Shown piece by piece: positions 42,072-49,787 of a DNA stretch of 64,000 nucleotides. This DNA comes from Puniceicoccaceae bacterium. GTDB taxonomy: Bacteria; Verrucomicrobiota; Verrucomicrobiia; Opitutales; Oceanipulchritudinaceae. A program made the position numbers and the translations under genes. The notes under the pieces were generated by a model. It searched no databases. It was given only the letters and a program-made list of their open reading frames with translations, and was not told the DNA's origin. The DNA lies in NCBI GenBank assembly GCA_040830765.1, contig JBFOMH010000004.1:224001-288000 (forward strand), written 5' to 3'. Each line of letters starts with the position of its first letter. The first letter of the stretch is position 1.

Positions 42072-43461
42072 TTCCAGCGATTACCCCCGCGTGATTTATG
42101 TGATAACGAGCATGCTGCTGTGTAACTTGGCCTTTGCCGGACCGTCTGCGATAGGCATCCGGGAGGAAAAGGTGATGGGGCAGGCTGAAAAACAGGGGCT
42201 GCGGCTGGCGAACAGCGTCCTGGGGAACAACCGGGAGCGGTTTGTCAACTACACGACGGAAGCGGGCGTCTGGCGGACGCAGAGTGACGGGACGTGGACG
42301 AGTGGCTTTGTTCCCGGGATGTTCTGGTACCTGTGGGCCCTGACGGGTGAATCCAGCTGGCGGGACAAGGCGATGCACTGGACCGAGGGGACGCGTTCCC
42401 GGGCGACAGCAACGGACAATGATACCGGATTCCAGATCTATTGTAGCTTTGGGCTGGGATACATGTTTGATGAGACCCTGCGCAGCGACTATGGTGCTGT
42501 GATGCGCCAGGGAGCCAAGACGCTGGTTGACGAGCGGTATAACGCGACGATTGGCTGTTTCCGGTCCTGGGACCAGAACACCAGCAATCCGACCTCCCTG
42601 CCATTTGAGGTCAATATTGATCAGATGATGAATCTGGAACTGATCCTCTGGGCAGGACAGAACGGAGGCCCGGCCGGGTATGTCGACTATGCGGTCAGTC
42701 ATGCTGACAAGACCTGGGAACACAATGTCCGGGAAGATGGAGGAACTTACCATGTGGTGGCCTACAACCTGGATGGAACGGTGGATTACAAACGAACCCA
42801 TCAGGGATGGACAACCGACTCGACCTGGTCGCGTGGCCAGGCATGGGCCGTCTACGGGTACACCATGGTCTACCGCTACACAGGCCTGCCGCGAATGCTG
42901 GAACGGGCGAGAATTTGTTATGATTTCTTCATCAATGAAACCCTGAAGGACGATTTCAACTACGTTCCTTACTCTGACTTTGACGCCCCGCTGGACAGCC
43001 GGAATCCGCGGGATACCTCTGCAGCGGCAATTGTCGCTGCAGCGGCCATCGAGCTATTTGAGATAACCGGGGAAAAGGCGTTTCTGACGGATGCGGAAGC
43101 GATTATGGAGCACCTATCCTCGCCGCGTTACTTCAGCATTGGGACCAATTACCAGTCCCTCCTGCTGGCGGCATCGGAAAAGTGGGGCCGCGGGGAAGTC
43201 GGAGCGATTTTCGCCGATTATTACTTCCTGGAGACCCTTTGGCGCTGGAACGGGCTGGAGAGGGAACCAGGCGTGGTCACCGGCTCCTGGGGCGGTTATG
43301 ACATGCTCGACTGGCGGTTTGTTGACACAGGCAGCTGGATGGGTTGGTTAAGTGCCTCGGCAGATCCTTATGTTTACAATTACAAGATAGAAGGGTGGAT
43401 GTATGCCTACCCGGGAACGCAGTCTGTAACCGGCGGCTGGTTCTATCGTTACAATCCCTAA
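42067..43461 (+). CDS. Secreted glycoside hydrolase family 88 (unsaturated uronyl hydrolase) with a Trp/Tyr-rich C-terminal tail
   Basis: Signal peptide; WTSGFVPG, DNDTGF, IDQMMNL, R.DGGTYH, THQG, WSRGQAW, DTSAAAI, ADYYFLE. Confidence 0.88.
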   Translation: MNSSDYPRVIYVITSMLLCNLAFAGPSAIGIREEKVMGQAEKQGLRLANSVLGNNRERFVNYTTEAGVWRTQSDGTWTSGFVPGMFWYLWALTGESSWRDKAMHWTEGTRSRATATDNDTGFQIYCSFGLGYMFDETLRSDYGAVMRQGAKTLVDERYNATIGCFRSWDQNTSNPTSLPFEVNIDQMMNLELILWAGQNGGPAGYVDYAVSHADKTWEHNVREDGGTYHVVAYNLDGTVDYKRTHQGWTTDSTWSRGQAWAVYGYTMVYRYTGLPRMLERARICYDFFINETLKDDFNYVPYSDFDAPLDSRNPRDTSAAAIVAAAAIELFEITGEKAFLTDAEAIMEHLSSPRYFSIGTNYQSLLLAASEKWGRGEVGAIFADYYFLETLWRWNGLEREPGVVTGSWGGYDMLDWRFVDTGSWMGWLSASADPYVYNYKIEGWMYAYPGTQSVTGGWFYRYNP

Positions 43462-43483
43462 CTCCTGAAAAGAAAGTCAATAT

Positions 43484-44503
43484 ATGAGAAATGAATCCAA
43501 AATTTGTGTCGTTTTAGACGACTGGGAAAAGGCCAGTTTTACGCCGCCTGCTGTTTTGGAAGAACTGGGCAGCATCAGTCAAAATGTCACCTTTGCAGAA
43601 GGGAAGCAGTTCCCGGATGGAGCGGGATGGCTGGACTGGCTGAAGGCGGAAAAGCCGGAAATCCTGATCAGCGGCTGGATGACACCGGGGCTGCCGGAAA
43701 ATACGCTCGAAGAAGTACCTGAGCTCAAATACGTCTGCCACCTTGTCGGATCGATCAAAAACACGATTCCCGAAAAGCTGATCCAGGACGGCCTTATTGT
43801 TACCAATTGGGGTAATTCGGTTTCCCGGACGATCGCTGAAAGTGCCCTCATGCTGGCCATCGCAGGTCTCCGCCGGGTGTCCTACTGGACGATGGAGATG
43901 CATACCCGGGGCGGTTGGAAGGAGCGAACCTCTGTCGTCACGGGGTCCGTTTTCGGCCGCAAGGTCGGGTTGCATGGATTCGGGGCCATTTCCCAGGAAT
44001 TGCGCAAGCTGCTGGTTCCGTTTGAGGTCCCGGTCATGACCTATTCACCAAGCGTCCCCGACAGTATCCTGGAGGAGAAGAACGTGCAACGGGCCAATTC
44101 CCTGGAGGAGCTTTTTTCCTCCAATGATGTCATTGTCGAACTGGCGGCCCTGACGGAAAAGAACCGCGGCATCGTCACCGAGGAGCTCCTGCGGATGATT
44201 CCGGAGGGAGGCGTCTTCGTCAATGTGGGACGGGGTGCGGTTGTTGATGAAGAGGCTTTGGCACGGATCGCCGAGGAAGGGAAGATCCAGGTCGCACTTG
44301 ATGTCTACGGGGAGGAACCCCTTCCATTGGATTCCCCCTTCAGGAAGCTGGACCAGGTCCTGACCCAGCCGCACCTTGGCGGTCCCACCGTCGATCGCCG
44401 CCAGGATGCATCTTGGTATGGATTGGCCAACATTCGCCGCTACCTCAACGGCGAGGAGTTGCAAAGCCAGATTACGGCTGAAGTCAGTAAACGGATTACT
44501 TAG
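43484..44503 (+). CDS. D-isomer-specific 2-hydroxyacid dehydrogenase family protein
   Basis: GLHGFGAIS Rossmann motif; NVGRGAVVDE, LDVYGEEP and PHLGG give the Arg/Glu/His triad. Confidence 0.9.
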   Translation: MRNESKICVVLDDWEKASFTPPAVLEELGSISQNVTFAEGKQFPDGAGWLDWLKAEKPEILISGWMTPGLPENTLEEVPELKYVCHLVGSIKNTIPEKLIQDGLIVTNWGNSVSRTIAESALMLAIAGLRRVSYWTMEMHTRGGWKERTSVVTGSVFGRKVGLHGFGAISQELRKLLVPFEVPVMTYSPSVPDSILEEKNVQRANSLEELFSSNDVIVELAALTEKNRGIVTEELLRMIPEGGVFVNVGRGAVVDEEALARIAEEGKIQVALDVYGEEPLPLDSPFRKLDQVLTQPHLGGPTVDRRQDASWYGLANIRRYLNGEELQSQITAEVSKRIT

Positions 44504-44558
44504 TTTACGGCATTCGTTACACCCGTCCGGAACGCCGGGCATGTTTAAAGGAAGACCG

Positions 44559-46661
44559 ATGAAGCGTATCCAAATCTTAAGTACAATCTTTGCCTGTGCC
44601 CTGGGTGGTACCATGGTGTCCGGTCATTCGGATCCCCGCCATCTGGTCCCGGATGAGGCACCACGGACCTGGATCCTGCACGGGCAGCAGGCGGCCTTTG
44701 CTGAATTCAGCCAGGGAGAAGGCGCAGCCTATTTTGAAACCATCAAGGCCGACCTTGATGCATACTGGATGGATTGGTCGTTTCCGGACGAGCCGGCGAC
44801 CTACGGGGATCCAGAACCAAGCAAGCGCACCAGTGAGATGGTTGACAAATGGCGGGCGATGCAGGACCTCACGGGGCAGGTGACAGGAGTTGCTGAAGCA
44901 GCGACACTGGTCTGGCTGGTCACGGGGGAAACAGTGTACCTTGAAAAGGCCCGTGACTTCCTCCTTGGGGCCACAAGCTGGGATCCCCTGGGCTCAACAG
45001 GCATCGATTACAACGATGAGGCACACTTCCGGTTATTCAGAAAACTTCCCCAAATCTACGACCAATTGCGGCCCTACCTGACAGCAGAGGAAAAACAGCA
45101 GGTTCTCGAACATCTAAGCATCCGGGGCAACCGCAACATGGCTTCCATCCTCGAGCGTGGAGTTGCAGAGGTGAAGCGGAACTCGGTCGAGAAATCCCCA
45201 CCCAGTCATTCGGTGCGCTTTATGCCGATGACGGGGCATGCGGCCCTGGCCCTCTGGGACGACCTGCCGGAGGCCCGGGATTGGTTTGATTTCGTCTACC
45301 ACTGGTACCGCGATGTCTTCACGCCCTGGGGTGGGGACGATGGTGGATGGGCTGAGGGACCGGCCTACTGGAGGGGTGTTTATGAGCATGCTGTTTTCCA
45401 GGATGCTCTCCTGGCAATCGGCGATTCGCTGGCCTACAACCAGCCATTCTGGCGCAACACGGGCTATTTTCAGGTTTATTTCGTCCAGCCTTATCCGACA
45501 ACCGGTTTCGGGGACCTCTCCAACGGGGGGCAGTTCAACATGGAGCCGGGGGTGAAACACTTTCTCGACCACTTGGCCCGTGTTAATGGCGATGGTCATC
45601 TCATTGCCTACACCCAAAATTATGAGGATGCGCGACCCTTGCCAAGGAACATGGGAATGAAGGTTCTCTACCGGGCTTATCCGGTGGCGGCAGAATATTG
45701 GGTCCGCGAATTTATTGCTTCAGACCGTCCGATGCCGGAACCAGCCTCCCTGACGGATATTCCCGGCTCCCGGCATTTCCGGGGAATTGGCTGGGTTGCC
45801 ATGCACAGTGCCCTTGGGCAGCCGGAGGAGGACATCATGCTCGCCTTCAAGAGCAGCCTTTATGGATCCTTCAGCCACAGTCATGGCGACCAGAATTCCT
45901 TTATCCTCAATGCCTATGGGGAGCAATTGGCGATTAACTCCGGATACCGGGAGTATCACCGGTCCCAGATGCACAAGTACTACACCCGTCACACCGTGTC
46001 GAAGAACAACATTCTCATCAGTCGCCGCGGTCAGGAAGTGCAGGACAAGACGGCAACCGGGCGGATAAGTCGGTTTGAGACGGGAGATCGATACGTCTGG
46101 ACCACCGGGGATGCGACGGTGGCCTTCAATACCATGCAGGCCCGCGACGACGAGGTGAGGCAGGCTCTCAGGGATATCGTCTTTGTCGATAACCGGTACT
46201 TTATCATTCGTGACCACGTTCGTTTGCGCTCTCCCGGGCGCATCGACTGGCTTCTCCATGCACGTGGTCCGTTCCGCCATGATGAGACCAGCGGATCCAT
46301 GCTTATCGAGCAAAATGGAGTCTATCTCCATGGCCGGCTGCATTCCATGCATAGCGGATTGCAGATGAAGGCATGGACTGGATTCGAGATCGAGCCGGAT
46401 CCGAAGTACAAGGACCCTGTCTTCATCAAGACTCAAGCCTACCTGCGGGAACCCGCTGTTGATCAGGCCCACTTCCAGGCGAACACAAAGCAAGACAAGG
46501 ATGAGCACATCGTTTTCGCCATTCTATGGCCCTCGCGGTCCATGGAAGACGGGGCCGCACTGGAGATTGTCCCTGTCGACGCTGAGACAATCGAGGTCAT
46601 CCGTCCCGACGGTAAAACCGACCGAATCGTCCTTAACGGGGACAGCCTGAGGATTGACTAA
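44559..46661 (+). CDS. PL15-type exo-oligoalginate lyase (heparinase II/III-like C-terminal domain) with predicted signal peptide
   Basis: YNDEAHFR, SHSVR, PWGGDDGGWAEGPAYW, FGD, GWVAMHS, FKSS.YGS.SHSHGDQN match motifs I recall for Atu3025/A1-IV-type PL15 enzymes. Confidence 0.82.
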   Translation: MKRIQILSTIFACALGGTMVSGHSDPRHLVPDEAPRTWILHGQQAAFAEFSQGEGAAYFETIKADLDAYWMDWSFPDEPATYGDPEPSKRTSEMVDKWRAMQDLTGQVTGVAEAATLVWLVTGETVYLEKARDFLLGATSWDPLGSTGIDYNDEAHFRLFRKLPQIYDQLRPYLTAEEKQQVLEHLSIRGNRNMASILERGVAEVKRNSVEKSPPSHSVRFMPMTGHAALALWDDLPEARDWFDFVYHWYRDVFTPWGGDDGGWAEGPAYWRGVYEHAVFQDALLAIGDSLAYNQPFWRNTGYFQVYFVQPYPTTGFGDLSNGGQFNMEPGVKHFLDHLARVNGDGHLIAYTQNYEDARPLPRNMGMKVLYRAYPVAAEYWVREFIASDRPMPEPASLTDIPGSRHFRGIGWVAMHSALGQPEEDIMLAFKSSLYGSFSHSHGDQNSFILNAYGEQLAINSGYREYHRSQMHKYYTRHTVSKNNILISRRGQEVQDKTATGRISRFETGDRYVWTTGDATVAFNTMQARDDEVRQALRDIVFVDNRYFIIRDHVRLRSPGRIDWLLHARGPFRHDETSGSMLIEQNGVYLHGRLHSMHSGLQMKAWTGFEIEPDPKYKDPVFIKTQAYLREPAVDQAHFQANTKQDKDEHIVFAILWPSRSMEDGAALEIVPVDAETIEVIRPDGKTDRIVLNGDSLRID

Positions 46662-46673
46662 GCAATCTGAGCC

Positions 46674-47498
46674 CTACCACCAGCCCAGCTCACGGGCCCG
46701 TTTCAATGCTTCCTCAAGAGGGGCCAGATACGGGTGCCACTGGCGCTCCCACTCCAGGCTTACCATACCGGCAAAGTCTTCCGCGCACAGCAGTTGCAGG
46801 GTTCCCGGTAAGTCGAATTCACCCTCGCCCAGCTGAACATAGGTGAAGGGATGGCGTGCCGAGGGTTCGCTGATGCTGTCCTTGATGTGGATGTGTCGGG
46901 TGTAGGGCTTAACCACTTCCCAGGTCACGGGCACCGCATCGCCCGCTTTTTTCCAGGTGTGGTGGGTGTCCCAGATGATAGGTACCGGCTCCTCGAGAGA
47001 GTCCTGCAGCTGTTGCATGGCAACCCTCGATACGAGGCAGTCATGGGTCTCGATGCCAATGTCGGTCGCCCATCCGTAGGTCCGCTTCTGATCACGCCAC
47101 CAACTGATGGTGTCCAGGGCCGCCTCGTGTGCCTCCGCGGGGAGTTCCTCCCCAACGCTTCCTCCGTCGAATACCCGAATCAGCGGAACCTTTGTCCCCT
47201 CGGCCCACTCCACAAATTCAAGGAATGCCTCCCGATCCTCGGGCTTGTTTCCAACTAATTTCAAGGACGCGTTCAGGGCCGTCAGGGATACGCCTTCCCC
47301 TTCCAGAAAGCGGGCCAGGTTATCCGGGCTTCCGTATTGTTCCTGGAATAATCCCGGCAGGTCCACCCGCCCTTCAAGGGTTCTTAAATCCAAATATTGC
47401 AGGTCAAACCGTTTCGCCAATGCCACCACCTCCGGAAGGCTCATCTCCGGGCAGCCCAGAGTCGAAAAGGTCCACTTCAAATCCTTCGTTTCTTTCAT
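46674..47498 (-). CDS. Sugar phosphate isomerase/epimerase (xylose isomerase-like TIM barrel)
   Basis: FSTLGCP, IRVF, IETHD, IWDTHH, HIHIKD, GEG, SLEWERQWHP metal-binding motifs. Confidence 0.85.
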   Translation of the reverse strand: MKETKDLKWTFSTLGCPEMSLPEVVALAKRFDLQYLDLRTLEGRVDLPGLFQEQYGSPDNLARFLEGEGVSLTALNASLKLVGNKPEDREAFLEFVEWAEGTKVPLIRVFDGGSVGEELPAEAHEAALDTISWWRDQKRTYGWATDIGIETHDCLVSRVAMQQLQDSLEEPVPIIWDTHHTWKKAGDAVPVTWEVVKPYTRHIHIKDSISEPSARHPFTYVQLGEGEFDLPGTLQLLCAEDFAGMVSLEWERQWHPYLAPLEEALKRARELGWW

Positions 47499-47505
47499 CT
47501 TTTCG

Positions 47506-47519
47506 TTAATAATTATGAA
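47506..47519. promoter_or_regulatory. Putative operator copy 2 (TTAATAATTATGAA) in the divergent promoter between the isomerase and the SDR
   Basis: Core ATAATTAT at 47509-47516; the 14-mer is identical to copy 4. Confidence 0.7.
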
Positions 47520-47577
47520 TTTTATGTTGCCTGAATCGGGTAGGGAGGCAAGTTAATTTGCCAAGAGAGGAAAGACC

Positions 47578-48342
47578 ATGGGAGACTTAAAAGGAAAACG
47601 GGCCCTCGTGACCGCAGGCGGTCAGGGCATTGGACTGGCGATCAGCGAGGAGTTGGCAAAAGCGGGCTGTGATGTCTGCATCCACTATTTCAGTAGCGCT
47701 GTGGAGGTCAATGATCTGCATCGCGACTGGGGCCTTGACGCGGAGCAGAAATTAGCGGCCTTTCAGGCGGATTTGTGCAGTGAAGCGGAAGCGACTGAAC
47801 TGGTCGGGAAGACGGTTGAACGGCTTGGCGGACTGGATATATTGATCAACAACGCTGGTTCACTGGTGGAACGCCGACTTCTCGGACAAGTCGATGAGGA
47901 TATTTATCGTCAGGTAATGGACCTGAACCTTGCTTCCATGGCCTGGGTTACCCGCGAGGCGGCTTCCCATCTAAAGGCGGCAGGGGAGGCCAGTATCGTC
48001 AACCTTGCCTCCCTGGCAGGCCGCAAAGGGGGGCACCCCGGATCCTTGCTCTACTCCACCGCGAAGGGAGCTGTGCTGACTTGGACCCGTGCTTTGGCCA
48101 CTGAGCTGGCTCCGGACGGAATCCGCGTCAATGCCGTTGCCCCGGGCTTGATTCTGGGCACCAGTTTTCATGCCACGCACACGACCCGTGAGTCTGCTGA
48201 GGCCACGATCCAGGGAATTCCTCTTGGCCGCGCCGGCAATCCGGGGGACGTTGCCCGGGCGGTCCGTTTCTTTGCCTCCGAGTATGATGGGTTTACCACC
48301 GGCGCCACCCTCGACATCAATGGCGGCGTCTATTCCGCTTGA
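47578..48342 (+). CDS. SDR oxidoreductase, probable 4-deoxy-L-erythro-5-hexoseulose uronate (DEH) reductase
   Basis: TAGGQGIG, IHYFSS, NNAGSLV, ASLAGRKGGHPGSLLYSTAKG, PGLILGTSFH and GATLDINGG closely match flavobacterial DEH reductases as I recall them; alginate-lyase context agrees. Confidence 0.8.
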   Translation: MGDLKGKRALVTAGGQGIGLAISEELAKAGCDVCIHYFSSAVEVNDLHRDWGLDAEQKLAAFQADLCSEAEATELVGKTVERLGGLDILINNAGSLVERRLLGQVDEDIYRQVMDLNLASMAWVTREAASHLKAAGEASIVNLASLAGRKGGHPGSLLYSTAKGAVLTWTRALATELAPDGIRVNAVAPGLILGTSFHATHTTRESAEATIQGIPLGRAGNPGDVARAVRFFASEYDGFTTGATLDINGGVYSA

Positions 48343-48384
48343 TCCTCGCCTCCTGTCCACTGCCGGCAAAATTATTAGAAATCC

Positions 48385-48398
48385 ATAATAATTATTAT
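48385..48398. promoter_or_regulatory. Putative operator copy 3 (ATAATAATTATTAT, perfect palindrome) upstream of the LacI-type regulator
   Basis: Perfect 14-bp palindrome; a weaker half-site AAAATTATTAG lies at 48368-48378. Confidence 0.7.
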
Positions 48399-48467
48399 AT
48401 TGTCAGGCGAAGTTTCTTTCTTAAAAGAAAGGAAATGCACGGAAAAATTTCTTAACGAGGCAGTGGA

Positions 48468-49550
48468 ATGGCCAAAAAGATATCACAAATTCAGATAGCC
48501 AAGGAGTTGGGGGTTTCCCAGTCCCTGGTTTCCATCGTTCTCAATGGGCGCAAGGAGGGGATTGCCCCGGCCACCTACGAGCGCATCTGGGATTATGCAC
48601 GGGAGCATGGTTATTCGCCAAAAGGCATGAAGATGCCGCTGGACTCAGGGATGGGAGACAGTTCCATGAAAGCGGTGGGTTACTTTCTCCGGGCCCCATT
48701 GAGGCTGGCCAACAAGAGTAATTTCTTCAGCCACGTGGCCCAGGGTCTGCATGATTACCTGAGAGGGCAGAATGTGAACATGGTCTTCCTTGGATCGGAA
48801 GCAGACATTTTCCCGGACGAATTACGGACTCCCAGTTGGCAGAAAATGCCGCTGGCCGGGATTGTCATCATGGGCGAAGTCCAGCCGGACTTTCTCAGTG
48901 CGGTCCGCGAGATGAACCGGCCGCTGGTCTACCTGAGCGCGCGTAGCCCGGGATTTTGCCACTCTGTCAATGCCAACGAATACCAGGCCGCTGAGGACCT
49001 GGTAGACCACCTGTATGAATTAGGCCACCGCCACTTTGCCTTCCTCGGCGGAATGTGTGCCAAGATGCGCAATGATGAGCGCCTTGCTGGCTTGCGCAGG
49101 GCCCTCGCGCGCCACGACCTGGAGCTGCCCGAGTCCGCCGTCCTGACTCTCGATGATGCGGAAAGGAAGCAGGGCTACCAAATGGTGGGAATGCTCCTCG
49201 AAAATCCGCCCGACCCCTTCCCGACAGCCATGGTCTGTGTCAATGGGCTTCTCGCCAGGGGCGTCCTCGGGCGCCTCTTTGAGGAAGGACTCAAGGTGGG
49301 GAAGGATATTAGCGTGGTCGCCTTTGATAATACGCGGGTCTGCTCCGAGGAGTTGCCTGGAATTACCAGCGCCTCCTCCATGCCGGAGGAACTGGGCCGT
49401 GAGTCCGGCCGGATTCTCCTCGACCCCAATCTCCACGGCGGGGATTCCCTCCTTGATGTCGTTCTCCCGTCCAAGTTTTTCCTCCGGGAAAGTTCAGGAC
49501 CCACTTCCTCCCCCGCAAAACAACTCCAATCGCTTCTCGCAGGAAGCTGA
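48468..49550 (+). CDS. LacI-family transcriptional regulator
   Basis: HTH ISQIQIAKELGVSQSLVSIVLNG; LYELGHRHFAFL, PTAMVC.N, DISVVAFDN, C-terminal RESS. Confidence 0.92.
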   Translation: MAKKISQIQIAKELGVSQSLVSIVLNGRKEGIAPATYERIWDYAREHGYSPKGMKMPLDSGMGDSSMKAVGYFLRAPLRLANKSNFFSHVAQGLHDYLRGQNVNMVFLGSEADIFPDELRTPSWQKMPLAGIVIMGEVQPDFLSAVREMNRPLVYLSARSPGFCHSVNANEYQAAEDLVDHLYELGHRHFAFLGGMCAKMRNDERLAGLRRALARHDLELPESAVLTLDDAERKQGYQMVGMLLENPPDPFPTAMVCVNGLLARGVLGRLFEEGLKVGKDISVVAFDNTRVCSEELPGITSASSMPEELGRESGRILLDPNLHGGDSLLDVVLPSKFFLRESSGPTSSPAKQLQSLLAGS

Positions 49551-49701
49551 GATTCGGCTAAATGGAGGCTTTCCTGGCCGCCGCATTCATCCGTACCCCC
49601 CGTTCCATGCAGATTCCAGAGGGAACCTTTTCCCTCAAAACAGGACAGAGTTATCCATTCCCGACCCCCTTTTCCCATTGTACAGAAATGGAAAAAACCC
49701 G

Positions 49702-49734
49702 TTGACACGCCAGAAAGCCATTAATAATTATGAA
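49702..49734 (+). promoter_or_regulatory. Sigma70-like promoter (TTGACA -35) with operator copy 4 (TTAATAATTATGAA) over the -10 region, upstream of the TonB-dependent receptor
   Basis: TTGACA at 49702-49707; the 14-mer at 49721-49734 covers the expected -10 position. Confidence 0.7.
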
Positions 49735-49787
49735 ACCGCTTATCTAATAACTCTCCCGTTTAACTAGCTGAAAATCACCTTATCCCC

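Noticed and set aside
44376..44558. Extended start of the PL15 ORF
   Set aside because: Overlaps the dehydrogenase gene. ATG 44559 has an AAGGAAG Shine-Dalgarno and begins a signal peptide.
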